64,000 nucleotides of DNA from Nemertoderma westbladi (GCA_032718475.1 JAUCBJ010001154.1:66857-130856); one strand, 5' to 3'. Counted from the stretch's first letter, positions 1 through 13,099 are shown. A program made the numbers and translations. The notes: generated by a model from the letters alone, not told the origin.

Positions 1-490
1 CAATCACAAGTACCCAACAGTTAATGACATAATCTACACACCCAGCAGTTAGTGACACAATTACACGTACCCAACAGTTAGTGACACAATCACACGTACC
101 CAGCAGTTAGTGACACAATTACACGTACCCAATAGTTAGTGACACAATCACAAGTACCAACAGTTAGTGACACAATCACACGTACCCAATAGTTAGTGAC
201 ACAATTACACGTACCCAATAGTTAATGACACAATCTACACACCCATCAGTTAGTGACATAATCACAAGTACCAACAGTTAGTGACACAATCACAAGTACC
301 CAGCAGTTAGTGGCACAATTACACGTACCCAATAGTTAGTGACACAATCACAAGTACCAACAGTTAGTGACACAATCTACACACCCAGCAGTTAATGACA
401 CAATCTACACACCCATCAGTTAGTGACATAATCACAAGTACCCAGCAGTTAGTGACAAAATCACAAGTATCGAGCACTTAGTAACACAAT
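1..490. repeat. Degenerate ~30-bp tandem array (CAGTTAGTGACACAATCACAAGTACCCA-like), probably intronic
   Basis: Unit recurs about 16 times with variants; truncated by the window start. Confidence 0.9.
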
Positions 491-558
491 ATTCCGTATC
501 AACCACCCTGACCAGAATCAGAATTTTGTTGCGAAACTTTATCTAATCTATCTTCCAG

Positions 559-881
559 ATCGGAGTCCTATAGAACTGTTTTCCCGCCGTTACGATGTTC
601 CCACCCAACGCAACTCGTCTACGCTCCCTCAGTCCCAGAGTTGTCTACTCCCCAGCACGTCTAACAACAACCCCATAGTGTTCGTCGGCGACAATCGATT
701 CCGCTCGCTCTCCCCACCGATACAATCCGTGCGACACGGCGACCCCAACCGAACTCGGAAGTTGGTACAGTATAGGAATCAGCAGTCGGCGAGTCCGTTA
801 ACTTACTACCAGGGACTGCTGACGACTCCCGCTGCAGTCGCTGCTCCTAGGAGCAGTAGGGAAAATGATTCCACCGTGTGA
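559..881 (+). CDS. Putative terminal coding exon of a gene starting upstream of the window; ends in class I PDZ-binding-like motif (-DSTV*)
   Basis: Acceptor ctaatctatcttccAG at 558. Open frame RSPIELFSRRYDVP...RENDSTV* is continuous with ORF 678-881. GC-richer than flanks. Confidence 0.55.
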
Positions 882-1078
882 TATTATCATTCAGTTCCCA
901 TATGTGGTGCTTTTACTCCAAGAGTTACTCCAAGACTGTGGTTGGAGTGCCATTAATTTCCTGGCGTTCTTGAAGACAACATAAGATGCCGCCCTGTCTA
1001 TCATTAATTTTGCGGCAATTAATGTATTGCTGTGCCCTAATGATTAACGGTAAATAGATACCGGAGTACATTCAATAA

Positions 1079-1464
1079 TAAGGCAACGATTTTGAATATT
1101 TCGTCGGCGAAATTTGCGAACTTCCCTTGTATGTGGCTGCCATTTTTGTACTAGAGTAGCTTGTTTTACAGTAAATATGAGTTTCGTGTTCACCTTACCC
1201 AATCTCCTTACCTTACCTTACCTAACCTTAATTCACCTTACCAAGTCTCGATTTTCGCGAACGTTTTTGTGGTTATATATCCTAAATTAATACAAGGCGT
1301 TGTAGTTATAGAACGCATTGATGCAATATACATTTTTGTTCGCAAAACTAAAAACTTTTTTTAATTCAAAATAGTTAACACAATCTAGAACATCTAAAAA
1401 ATATTTTTCAATCATTATCTGATATCGCGAATTTCGTCGAAGAAATTTCAAAATGGTTGCCTTA
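1079..1464. mobile_element. MITE with ~40-bp imperfect terminal inverted repeats
   Basis: TAAGGCAACGATTTTGAATATTTCGTCGGCGAAAT at left; ATTTCGTCGAAGAAATTTCAAAATGGTTGCCTTA at right; no coding capacity. Confidence 0.65.
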
Positions 1465-1914
1465 CTCTAGAAGTACTGTAGTAGTGTACCGTAGTAGCAA
1501 TACCGGGATAAAGATTAGTGGTTGGCACTTTCTACCACTAAAAACTAAAATATTCCCTATCCCAAAGTGATAAAACCCGTGAACGGCTGAAGTCATAGTG
1601 AACTGATTTTGTGGAAACTGGATTGTTATTTATTGTTGTTATTAATTATTATTATTTACAAATTATTTGTTGTTCTAGAATATGTGGCGTTCAATATATC
1701 AAACTTTCTTAATGTTTTTATCATAATATAATGTATACAGTATAATTTATCATTTATACGCTGATGACACTCGGATATATATATAATTTTCAAAAGTAAC
1801 GAAATATCAAATGAGGTGGAAAGTGTCTCGCTGATATCCGCATCTGGGTGACTGTATACTTTCTGAAAGGAAATAACGACAAGACTTATATCCTACTGCT
1901 CAAAATCGGGTCAA

Positions 1915-3835
1915 TGTGAAATCAACCCAGATCGGCAACGACAATATTGCATGTAGTTTCTCTGTGAAATCAACCCAGATCGGCAACGACAATATTGCAT
2001 GTAGTTTCTCTGTGAAATCAACCCAGATCGGCAACGACAATATTGCATGTAGTTTCTCTGTGAAATCAACCCCGATCGGCAACGACAATATTGCATGTAG
2101 TTTCTCTGTGAAATCAACCCAGATCGGCAACGACAATATTGCATGTAGTTTCTCTGTGAAATCAACCCCGATCGGCAACGACAATATTGCATGTAGTTTC
2201 TCTGTGAACTCAACCCAGATCGGCAACGACAATATTGCATGTAGTTTCTCTGTGAAATCAACCCCGATCGGCAACGACAATATTGCATGTAGTTTCTCTG
2301 TGAAATCAACCCAGATCGGCAACGACAATATTGCATGTAGTTTCTCTGTGAAATCAACCCCGATCGGCAACGACAATATTGCATGTAGTTTCTCTGTGAA
2401 ATCAACCCAGATCGGCAACGACAATATTGCATGTAGTTTCTCTGTGAAATCAACCCAGATCGGCAACGACAATATTGCATGTAGTTTCTCTGTGAAATCA
2501 ACCCAGATCGGCAACGACAATATTGCATGTAGTTTCTCTGTGAAATCAACCCAGATCGGCAACGACAATATTGCATGTAGTTTCTCTGTGAAATCAACCC
2601 CGATCGGCAACGACAATATTGCATGTAGTTTCTCTGTGAAATCAACCCAGATCGGCAACGACAATATTGCATGTAGTTTCTCTGTGAAATCAACCCAGAT
2701 CGGCAACGACAATATTGCATGTAGTTTCTCTGTGAAATCAACCCAGATCGGCAACGACAATATTGCATGTAGTTTCTCTGTGAAATCAACCCAGATCGGC
2801 AACGACAATATTGCATGTAGTTTCTCTGTGAAATCAACCCAGATCGGCAACGACAATATTGCATGTAGTTTCTCTGTGAAATCAACCCAGATCGGCAACG
2901 ACAATATTGCATGTAGTTTCTCTGTGAAATCAACCCAGATCGGCAACGACAATATTGCATGTAGTTTCTCTGTGAACTCAACCCAGATCGGCAACGACAA
3001 TATTGCATGTAGTTTCTCTGTGAAATCAACCCAGATCGGCAACGACAATATTGCATGTAGTTTCTCTGTGAAATCAACCCAGATCGGCAACGACAATATT
3101 GCATGTAGTTTCTCTGTGAACTCAACCCAGATCGGCAACGACAATATTGCATGTGTTTCTCTGTGAAATCAACCCCGATCGGCAACGACAATATTGCATG
3201 TAGTTTCTCTGTGAACTCAACCCAGATCGGCAACGACAATATTGCATGTAGTTTCTCTGTGAAATCAACCCCGATCGGCAACGACAATATTGCATGTAGT
3301 TTCTCTGTGAAATCAACCCCGATCGGCAACGACAATATTGCATGTAGTTTCTCTGTGAAATCAACCCAGATCGGCAACGACAATATTGCATGTAGTTTCT
3401 CTGTGAAATCAACCCCGATCGGCAACGACAATATTGCATGTAGTTTCTCTGTGAAATCAACCCAGATCGGCAACGACAATATTGCATGTAGTTTCTCTGT
3501 GAAATCAACCCCGATCGGCAACGACAATATTGCATGTAGTTTCTCTGTGAACTCAACCCAGATCGGCAACGACAATATTGCATGTAGTTTCTCTGTGAAA
3601 TCAACCCCGATCGGCAACGACAATATTGCATGTAGTTTCTCTGTGAACTCAACCCAGATCGGCAACGACAATATTGCATGTAGTTTCTCTGTGAAATCAA
3701 CCCCGATCGGCAACGACAATATTGCATGTAGTTTCTCTGTGAACTCAACCCAGATCGGCAACGACAATATTGCATGTAGTTTCTCTGTGAAATCAACCCC
3801 GATCGGCAACGACAATATTGCATGTAGTTTCTCTG
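1915..3835. repeat. 48-bp minisatellite, ~40 near-identical copies
   Basis: Unit TGTGAAATCAACCCAGATCGGCAACGACAATATTGCATGTAGTTTCTC. Only two A/C variant sites and one 1-bp deletion near 3154. Confidence 0.97.
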
Positions 3836-4439
3836 CAAAGAATATCCGATTAATTATGTATGGATTCTTGAAAATCTTAAAAAACTGTTTGGTTGTTAGA
3901 GAATCTTTCTTCGAAGCACTTATAAAACGTTACCTAAGCAAAGATTCACTTCAGATATTAATACATTGCTTTATTATAAACAATCTAGATATGACAAGAA
4001 ATGAGCCTAGCGGCCCGTCAAAGAACCGCCTGATCAAACAAGATCAACTAAAATACAGTTAGTTATCGGTTTAGGTTATTTTATTTGCATTCTAGAACCA
4101 CAGGCCAAAATAAAACTAGCTAGACTAGCCCCACCTACCTTTATTAAAAATTATTACAAATTGTTATGAATATTTGGCGGTCTTTTTACAGCCCTCGCTA
4201 TGTTTTAGTACTCATTAAACAGAAAATGATCAAAGCCTATGGCGCAATTGGAGCCCTAAAACATTTCCACTTGCTTTCAGTCTAAACCGGTTTAAATATA
4301 TTTAAAATTCAAATAGCTCCATAATTAATTACTCACATACTACCTGTAATTGGCCTTTTCCTAAGTTAAAAGAAATTGACAAAGTAAAATCTATATTTAT
4401 TAAACGCATGCTGGGTTATAGATAGGCTACTTCATCCAC

Positions 4440-4850
4440 CGCACTACTAGGATCGGCATGCTGCATTTTTAAGAATGCTGTGCCGGCTTGTCGACAAAAT
4501 TGCGCCGCCACAACTCCCTATCACCCATGACATTTGATAGATCATCCGCATCTTCAAGGCCAGTGTTCTTTAAGATGCGTCTCAAGAAAGTCATGGGTTG
4601 TCCACCATGCTTATTCACTCCATGAGGCTGCCAAAGTACAAGATTATGCACTGGCTGGTCCTCACGGCGAAAGCAATGTCCTGCAAAGCGGAGGCGACTT
4701 TGTTCTAGTGTCAAGCTTGCGGGAACCAATGAGACACCTCCAATGTTATATAGTGTCTGGTTGGAGATATGTGCATTGAACTTGACACAATGAACCCGGC
4801 GTAGCATTCTTGTGAATGTGCCATCCAAAGATTTGGTGTCCTCAGCAGTT
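4440..4850 (-). mobile_element. 5'-truncated RTE-type non-LTR retrotransposon 3' end
   Basis: DGTFTRMLRR...RLRFAGHCFRR...LVLWQP...MGDRELWR is a typical RTE-like ORF2 C-terminus. Near-identical copies at ~19900 and ~58320. Confidence 0.8.
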
Positions 4851-5270
4851 AGTTAGTTAGTTATTGAATTTAATTGAATTGGGATTGAATTGTCATACGG
4901 TATATTTCACTGTATTGTTTGTTTAGATTTTGAGTGATCCACATATTTTTGTTTTTTTAAGTATATTTTTTTTATGAATTCCTCGTTATGTTGTTCTATC
5001 ATTGCAATGAAAGATGTTAAAACAATGCGGGCTAATATAACAACTAAGTTATTAAATTTCTGAATTATCACTGCGGAAATTCGTTCTCCATTTAATCTGA
5101 GAACCCATTGAATAACGATGTCATGACGCAAGTTGGTGTTTTCTGGCTACCAAATCTTAATTGTAAAACTTCTTAATAGTCTCTCCTGTACACACGCTAG
5201 AATGACAAACCATCCACCATCTGACAAGCCACCCTAGTCGAGCGTGGCGTTGCGTGGTGGGGGTGGGGGA

Positions 5271-6797
5271 CTACGTTTCAACTAAGTTCCATTGCATAAG
5301 CACTGCATCAGGGCCGCCTACGGTAATGAGCTTGGAACCCCGAAGGAAACGAACATTAGTAACGTTCCCGCTGGTGAGTTTAGTTTCGAAGAACTGAGCG
5401 CGCCGACTGGCGCACGGGTAGCGGTAGATCCGTAGGTATCCCTGCGTGTCCCCAACCGTTAGCACGTCCCGCTGCGGCTCGGCCCTATCGCAGCAGTTCA
5501 CGTCGACGCCCAGCTGCAGTCCGGGCCATATCCCCGCGACGTGGTAGCCCAGTATGCAGGTGTGCGAGGCCCAATCAACGTCACGTGACTCTACCCCCCT
5601 CGCGATCTGTCGCAACTGCGCGGCGTCCCAGTAGTAAATCCTGTAGTCCCCGGTCACAGTCTGCATGTAGGAGTTGTTACCAGACCAGTCGATGTGCGTT
5701 ACAAACGTGCTATGTCCGGTCAGCTGTCCGCTTTTACGGTACGACGACCCGGCATCCTGCACCTCGAACAAATAAACATTGCAGTCGTGGCTGCTCGCAG
5801 CTAAAGCTCGCCCATCAGGACGGAAGGAAAGGCAGTCCAGTTGCTCTATTCCGATCTGGTAGCTTGCCATGTGGATGCCAGAGACGGCGTTGAGAACGAT
5901 AATTCGTCCCACGGTCGTTCCCAAAGCAATGCTTTTACCTTGTGGATGAAATGACGCTGTTAGACACGGCTTCTCCACCATTGCTTTCCAGATAGGTTTG
6001 CGTGAGTCGAAATCCCACAAGATAGCCTGCAGATCATACCCGGCCGTCATAAACTTGGCCTCTGTGGGATGCACGCACAAAGCCCACACATCCTGCGTGT
6101 GTCCTTGCACCGTGTATCGAAACTTTGTTTGCATAGATCCCTCTAGAATGGCGTTATGAGTCGTCCCGATGTATATTGAACCATCGAGACCGCCGTCTCG
6201 ACCCGCCACGATCGTTCGAATCCCTCCGGCGGTCTCCGGCAATGTCCGACCCGACATGGCGCTGGTGAAACCACCCGTGGAGTCCCACGCTATAATCCGC
6301 CTGTCGTAACCGCCCCCCGATAGCAGGGTGCCGTCGTCCAACACACATAGAGAGTATAGAGCCTGCTCGTGAGCGTGTTGGATGCGGTGTTTAACTCGGT
6401 AGGCGTTGATGTTATCGCAGGACCACACTGTAATAGATCCTGACGAGTCCCCCGTTATTAAACTCTCGTCTGCGGTGAACGCTATGCTCGTTATGTAATC
6501 GGGAACATCTGTCCCGAATATGCCGCTCTTTTTATCTCGTAAAAGTTTGCCATCGAGGAGTTTCCAGAAGTATAAATGTTGTTTCCCTGCAGTAATTATT
6601 GTTCTCTCGTCGTACGGCTGGAAAGCCCCAAGAACCACCGTCTCTGGGTGAGTTTTCGACCGCGCTAACAATCGTTCTTCGTCCCAACTCCATAGTAACA
6701 ATGAGTGGTCGCCCTCCCCATCAATAGCTAGTAGCCAATCACCGCGGTTGGATTGTTTCGAGAACATTGCTACTGCGACATCTCCTGTAAACATGTC
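5271..6797 (-). CDS. DCX-EMAP/EML-like gene, coding exon 3 (WD40 beta-propellers of the TAPE domain, stop codon)
   Basis: EML-type WD40 motifs (GHTQDVWAL, GHSTFVTHIDWS, VNCCDR, LRIYRYPC, LITVGG). Acceptor ttttatccgcAG at 6798; phase 0 matches exon 2. Confidence 0.92.
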   Translation of the reverse strand, partial: DMFTGDVAVAMFSKQSNRGDWLLAIDGEGDHSLLLWSWDEERLLARSKTHPETVVLGAFQPYDERTIITAGKQHLYFWKLLDGKLLRDKKSGIFGTDVPDYITSIAFTADESLITGDSSGSITVWSCDNINAYRVKHRIQHAHEQALYSLCVLDDGTLLSGGGYDRRIIAWDSTGGFTSAMSGRTLPETAGGIRTIVAGRDGGLDGSIYIGTTHNAILEGSMQTKFRYTVQGHTQDVWALCVHPTEAKFMTAGYDLQAILWDFDSRKPIWKAMVEKPCLTASFHPQGKSIALGTTVGRIIVLNAVSGIHMASYQIGIEQLDCLSFRPDGRALAASSHDCNVYLFEVQDAGSSYRKSGQLTGHSTFVTHIDWSGNNSYMQTVTGDYRIYYWDAAQLRQIARGVESRDVDWASHTCILGYHVAGIWPGLQLGVDVNCCDRAEPQRDVLTVGDTQGYLRIYRYPCASRRAQFFETKLTSGNVTNVRFLRGSKLITVGGPDAVLMQWNLVET

Positions 6798-7014
6798 CTG
6801 CGGATAAAAGAACAATTATTTTAAACAATTAAACTACCATTTTAATATACCCACCCACCTTTACACTGTATTGTATTTCAATTTCTTGTCTTCTTTCCGA
6901 TTGATCTTTTGCATATTTTTTTAATTAGTCAAATTTCAATATTATTCTTATCTATTGTATAATATAATTGTATAATAAGTTGTATCCACACTTATTTCAT
7001 TTAGGCCATAAAAT

Positions 7015-7119
7015 AGTTGTGGGGCGAGCCACGAAGTTGGCGGAGCCTTAGCGAATTGACACTGTTAGAGGGTGGGTCAATTTATGCAAATAGTTGTCGT
7101 CGTCGTCGTCGTCGTCGTT

Positions 7120-7158
<39 letters not shown>

Positions 7159-8035
7159 GTCGTCGTTACGATTTTGACATGCTAATAACTTTGTCGGATT
7201 TAAAGCTGCCAAGTTGAAAATTTGTAGGTATCAATATGAGCAAAAGTTGAGATTTTTGAGAGACTTTCAGACACCATCAGTGCAATGGTCTCCCGCTAGA
7301 GGGCCACATGTCTAAACATTAAATGCCCTCCCATTTCTTTGCTTTTAATCCGTTTAAGCTGAAACTTGGCAGATATGTATTAGACCATTAGCTGTGACTT
7401 TCAAAGGAGGCGAATCCATCTGCAGTTCTCCAGTCTGCCGCTAGAGGGCCAAATGTCTGAAAGTGAAATCGTTGTCGTCGTTATGATATTGACATGCTTA
7501 TAACTTTGTCGAATTTAAAGCTGCCAAGTTGAAAATTTGTTTTGTTGAAAATCAGTTCAACAGTCACCCGCTATAGGACTACTTTATGCCTGAAAGTGAA
7601 TAGATTCTCCCGTCTCATTGATTTTAATCAGTTTAAGCTGAATCTTGCCATATATTCTGGACCACATGCTGCGTCTTTGTGGGGGGGGGGGGGGGGGGGG
7701 GGGAGAGATTTAATCGGTCTGCCGCTATACGACGAAATTTCTGAAAGTGAGATCCGTCTCTCATTTCGTTATCCGTTATTCAAGATGAAACTTGGCCGAT
7801 GTACGTATGTACTATTCATCCATAGGCTGTGTCTTTGTGGGGCTGGAGACCCTAATCCATCTTCAGTTCTCACTATACCGCTAGAGTCAGAAATGTCTGA
7901 ATAGAAATGAAAGAGGTAAAAAGTGATTAGGCGAAATCTGCTTAAAATTTGCTAATACAGTAATACTTTCGAATTAGTACTTAAATTAAATTTAAGTCAC
8001 GTGCTGCGCGAAGGCCCCACTTCGTGTAACTTATA
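7015..8035. mobile_element. Non-autonomous interspersed repeat with (CGT)n tract and internal CCGCTAGAGGGC subrepeats (Helentron/DINE-like, unassigned)
   Basis: Starts TGTGGGGCGAGCCACGAAG and ends GTGCTGCGCGAAGGCCCCAC. Related sequence at 15410-15905, 48910-49258 and ~52485. Microsatellite at 7094-7166. Confidence 0.55.
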
Positions 8036-8943
8036 CAGGTAAATCAAATCTTTCAGTTTGCCTCTACCAACCATACATCATTCATTACTTTACCGGGACT
8101 TTTCTATTGTTAATGTTATCTTATTTTTAATAAGATTATTAGTTATTAAAAGAATTACACGCACAAATGTAACAAACTTTATTGCTCGCGAACTCTGTCA
8201 TCTATATTACCGGTAATTCAAATTTGAAAGAGATTTTCACTAAATTAATGTCAAAATTACTAAAAATAATCACTCACACTAAATAATTTATTAATCATTA
8301 AAAAACATTGTAAATCCACTAAAATTAATGATTTATCACTAAAGACAATCATTTATTCACTAAATATAATCATTATTATTTATTAAATAAAATATTTACA
8401 ATCACTACATCATCACACCAAATACCATCATATTGTTAGGCCCGCTACTTGAATTGTCTTGGTTGTTTCATTGTGTCACGATAAGTTCCTTGGGGTAGTA
8501 CGACCTGCCGCTCAGGTTCCACCGCGATATGTCACCAGGGGCGAAAGGTTCCTGCTGAAGTATTAGATTCCTTAGAAGAAAGGATCACGTTTGTAGAGGA
8601 GCAGGATACAGAGGCAGCGATAGGGGAACCAAACCAATAAACGAAAGTTAACGTGCAGGTTAGTAAAGAGTTACAATTAGGAAAAGATTTAACTAGGTTT
8701 AAAAAGGTTAAAAAAAAAAGGTTTAACTTTAAAGGGTAGAAATTACGTCCGTTAGGTTCTGCAGCGTTAGTTCCTTCGATTTTCAGGGAAAGGAACAGAT
8801 TACAGTGACATGTTATTCTAACAAAACAATAAATGAAAGTCATTAAATCGTTTTCTAGAATTCAGTTGTAAATCAGTTGTAAATAAAAATACAACATGCT
8901 ACAAAATATTTATAATACAAATACACGCAGGACCTAATGGGAG

Positions 8944-9542
8944 CAGAGATGGGGGCCGGTTTTTCACGACCCGGGCCCGTGCCCGTTAATTTTAATTTTC
9001 TAAAAATTACAGCATAAAATAAAATTTTAACTTTTATGATCAATTTGTATACACTGATTCAAATTACAATATCACTTTGTCATCGTGAGCCACTGATCTG
9101 GTAGTTTGTGGATTAGACGATACACACGTTGTGTAGGTCTGCCATGTTTACATTTACTGTATGTTTGTTGTTTAAAATGAAATAATGTGCGTGCCTCATC
9201 GTTTTAGTTTCGATTACTAACTACTATCAGTCTGTGTCAGACAGTATCTCAATTTCGATTCAATTGTTTATTTATAACAAAATTAAACAAAAACGCAACA
9301 AAAATAAAACAGTAACAAAGTTAAACAAAGACAAAAATAAATGATAAAACAACCCTAGTTATAATAAAATAAAATATACATGATAAAAAAATACATCATT
9401 TTGTGATAAAAAAAAGTGTAACAAAAATTTTCATATTTTTGTGTTTTGTTAACTGGATAATATAATTATTCAACAATAGCGGGCTTTCCAATAATTAGAA
9501 TGTGGCCCAAACCCGGCCTGGCCCGGCCCGTGTCCATCTCTG
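8944..9542. mobile_element. hAT-like MITE in EML intron 2
   Basis: TIR CAGAGATGG...CCATCTCTG, GGCCCG subterminal repeats, 8-bp TSD AATGGGAG/AATGGGAA. Confidence 0.7.
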
Positions 9543-10031
9543 AATGGGAATGACCAAAGGACCCAATGACGTGACCATTTAAAGCTGCAGTGGGACCTAA
9601 TGCGAAATGGAAGGTGATTATTTTTAGAGAAAAATGATTAAAATTTGTGGAATGTGAATAAATTTAGTGGAAAGTAATTAACTTTTAAATTAATTTAAGT
9701 GCAATATCATTATATTTAGTGGATAAATAATTAATATTGGAGCAATCTGGTCTCAGGGAGATGATAATGTTACAGTAACACGCTATTCTAACCAAAACAA
9801 TAAAATAAATTCAATAGCACAGGTTATAGTATATTTTTAAATCAGTAGTAATTTGTAATCAGCTGTTATTTGCGTCGATATTCCCCTGTAGAGGGATGAA
9901 ATTTGAATGTATCAGGTGCGCCCCTTAGCGGCCCCCTACAGTAGTTGATGTACACACAACGGGGTATTGCTCGCTACAATTTCAGCCCTGTTGGATATTA
10001 TTTCAATAATTAATTAATTAATTATATTTAC

Positions 10032-10479
10032 CATTCCCAATATTACGAGTGTCGATAGAGTAGCACTGCTCCATATGCGTATCGGCGCCACGTTGGGATT
10101 CCCCGATAGACTCGCTTGTTGCCCAGTAACCACAGTCTCCTGGTCTGGATGGACGTCTAGACAGGAAATATCCTCTGTGTGGCCGAAGTAGTGTCTCTGT
10201 TTGTCCAGATCCTGGTTGTATATCACGGCTACGGTACCCACGTGGTACACAATCTCAGAGGAACCCAAAGTGTGTAAGTTATTCCGGGTATCGTAACCAC
10301 GGTAACCGTATACCCAATCGAGAACCGGCTTGCGATCGGGCGGGAGGCCTTTCTCTTCCCATTGGGAAAGTTTGTCAGTTGAGGGAACGTAGAAGGACCT
10401 CTCCATCCCGTGAATGTTCACTGTTATCGTTTCTTCTAGATCATCAGCTGTGTCATCTCTATCAACCATTGCGTCGTAA
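10032..10479 (-). CDS. DCX-EMAP/EML-like gene, coding exon 2 (HELP motif + first WD40)
   Basis: PDRKPVLDWVYGYRGYDTRNNL is the HELP motif; QRHYFGHTEDISCLDVHP. AG at 10480-10481, GT at 10031; phases fit both neighbours. Confidence 0.92.
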
Positions 10480-10932
10480 CTATTATTGCGAAAACAAGAA
10501 ATTTAGTAAATTTAGGAACTTTATTATTTTAGACAATAAATATTTAAGTTTATTTTGTGGTAATTCGTAGGATCGTACAATACTGTATATTCCACATTCG
10601 ATAATAAAACGTAACGGAAAACACTCTTTTCCACTCATTTTCTTTAGCGAAATTCACAGATATTCCGCCCTAGTGTATTGAGTTTTTGTTGAGTTTGGTA
10701 TTCTAGTAAACTCCTGTAAAACTCAAGCGCTCGAACAGAATAGTTGAATTTGGCTAATCTGAAAATGAGTGAAAAAATCGGTGTACTCCGCTTACTTTTT
10801 ATAAGTTTAGTCCATTCCGTTCCGATGGCCTTAATCTTTCTCTCCAATGGTCCACATATATTTTACTCATATATATCTGCACTCAGTTTACCAATTCGGT
10901 TGTTGAACTGATATATCACTAACTGCACTCAC

Positions 10933-12818
10933 CTTACTAACGCATCCTGCGATATTGTACTCATCTCCCTTGAAGAGGATCCAAACAACTTCTGCCTTTC
11001 CGTGGCCCCGTCCGTGGTGGAAGCTTGGTACCCCGCTCCTCCGGTGTCTGTCTGCACTGTATCCGGTTTCCGGGACAACGAGTAGCTACCGCCGTATCCG
11101 TTGCGATGCTGGTCTTTATTTCGAGCGCTCCGCCCTTGATAATAATTAGACACTGGTTTGTCCACAGGGATCTCGTTTTGTATATGTGTTACATCTCGCA
11201 GCGCTTCGTGGCCACAACAAATGAATTTATCATTTTTCGCGCTGTCGCTTAGTAGTTGAGAGACGCTGGTGATCCTCCCGCCCGTCTGCATCGAGTACAG
11301 CCTACGAATCGGGGGGCTAGCCATGTGAATTGTAGAGCCCATCGAGTTTAGTATTTGTTCAAAAGTTTGTTTAGTTTTCGGGTGTATTAACACTCTGCCT
11401 TGACTTTGTCTGTGGGTGTTACTTACGACATTTATATACCGCGGCTTTGAAGTGTGAAACACAGGTTTCGGTGATCCATTGCCATCTTGCGACGATGATA
11501 ATGAATTAGAATGATCGCTTATCTCACGTCCTTTGTAAAGTAACGTGTCCGTCTGTCGTCTGCCCCCTCCCGGCTGGAGATTGACCCAATGATTCTCTTT
11601 GGAATCTCCATAGCGACAACCAATCACAAAGCTCCCGCTCGCACAAACGTATGATTTCTCGTGTTGTAGTTCTATGACCTCGTTCACTGGCTCTCCGTTC
11701 ATTTTGTATAGGTACCTCACCCCGCAAGGCAAAGATATCTTTTCACTTAGATAAACTAAAAGTGTCTCTAGAATTGGGAATTTTTTAAGGGAAATCGCCG
11801 TGGAGTAGCCGCGGAACTGAGAGTCCCCGTTGCGATAGAAATGGCACATATTGGCGCGATGGTGCACTATAAGTGGTAGACGCCTTTGTCTTACCTCGAA
11901 ATTCCTCGGTAGAGGAATTTCGACGTCCAAATCTCCGCTGTTTGGGCTTTCCAGCTCAACATCCTGTCGATTCAAATGTTTTTTCGTGTTCCTGTTTTCG
12001 CCTCTTTGAAGCCTGGGGATTTGGCTCCGAGAACGATCTCTTTGTGAGCGATTTGTTTGGTCAATAATGCTCCTCTTATTATCAAGTTCACCGTCGTAAA
12101 CAATAACTGGTATATTGTTTGCATCATTCATTGCTGTCCTCGACACATTGCGATTATGTGCGGGTTTCCTTGGTGATAGAACTTTCGCAGGGCTCCTGCG
12201 TATCGCGTAACTATCCCCCGCGATATCATCGGGTATTTCCTTGCGACCGAGTAGCGCCTGCGCGCGATACACTGCCGATTGTCGGGCCGGCAGATCCTCG
12301 ATATTTAGGTTGGTTCCCGACTTGGGCCGATCGCTTCGCAGCCCCGAACGCTCGCTGACGGCAGACCCGTACCGCGAACGCGGCCGGTCCCCTTGCGAGC
12401 CGATCACGTGGAGCGTCGAGGGATTTTGATCCCTGGGGACGGTGACCGAGATGGGGATCCTCACATCTTCGTTGTCGTCGACACCACGCGAACCATCGAC
12501 GAAATCCCACAGAGCTTCAACGTTAATATCAACGTCCTTTTGAGTGATGTCCTCTACAACGTTGATAACGTCATGTTTATTGGTCCTCGCTTCCAACAGC
12601 TGTCTGCCCTCAATATTGTAGTAATCGTTACCGATATTAATAGTTATTGTTTTCAAACCGCTGGTCCGTTCCTCTTGTAACGAATGTATCATGTATCCAG
12701 GAAGGCTAATATGGACAGGAATTGTTGTTGCATGGTTATCGGTGATCACTCTACTATCTTTATCTTGAGAGAACCGCTGATCACCCACATATACATCAAC
12801 ATTGTCTGTCTGACTCAT
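10933..12818 (-). CDS. DCX-EMAP/EML-like gene, coding exon 1 (low-complexity N-terminus + two doublecortin domains); joined CDS 3861 nt, 1286 aa
   Basis: DCX1: FYRNGDSQFRG...LPCGVRYLYKMNG...YVCAS. DCX2: KPRYINVV...TFEQIL...IRRLYSMQTG...FICCGHE. Donor GTGAGT at 10932; phase 2 fits exon 2. Confidence 0.87.
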
Positions 12819-13099
12819 CTTAACATTAACTAGAATACTTCACTGTATTAATATTATTATACTACTACTGTTTTTAAATGAATAGTTAGAGGAAAAGTGA
12901 GAATGGAAACGACTACAGTAATTTTATAAAGTGCTTTACTCCACTAATAATCGAAACCTCAGTGCAAGATATAATAGCACTAAACTAATAAAACTTAAAA
13001 ACGTTTTGATATTTACTTTATATCATCTTATATCGAAACGGTAGGATATGACATTTTGAATTGGTTATGTTATTGCCGTTGTGATATAATTTGTTCTGA

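Noticed and set aside
1751-1785. LYADDTRIY reverse-transcriptase motif
   Set aside because: Isolated 9 codons without flanking RT motifs; too short to call.
1900-4062. Long ORFs (238-634 aa) and CRISPR-like periodicity
   Set aside because: Pure 48-bp tandem repeat with no unique spacers and no cas genes; the ORFs arise because the unit is a stop-free multiple of 3.
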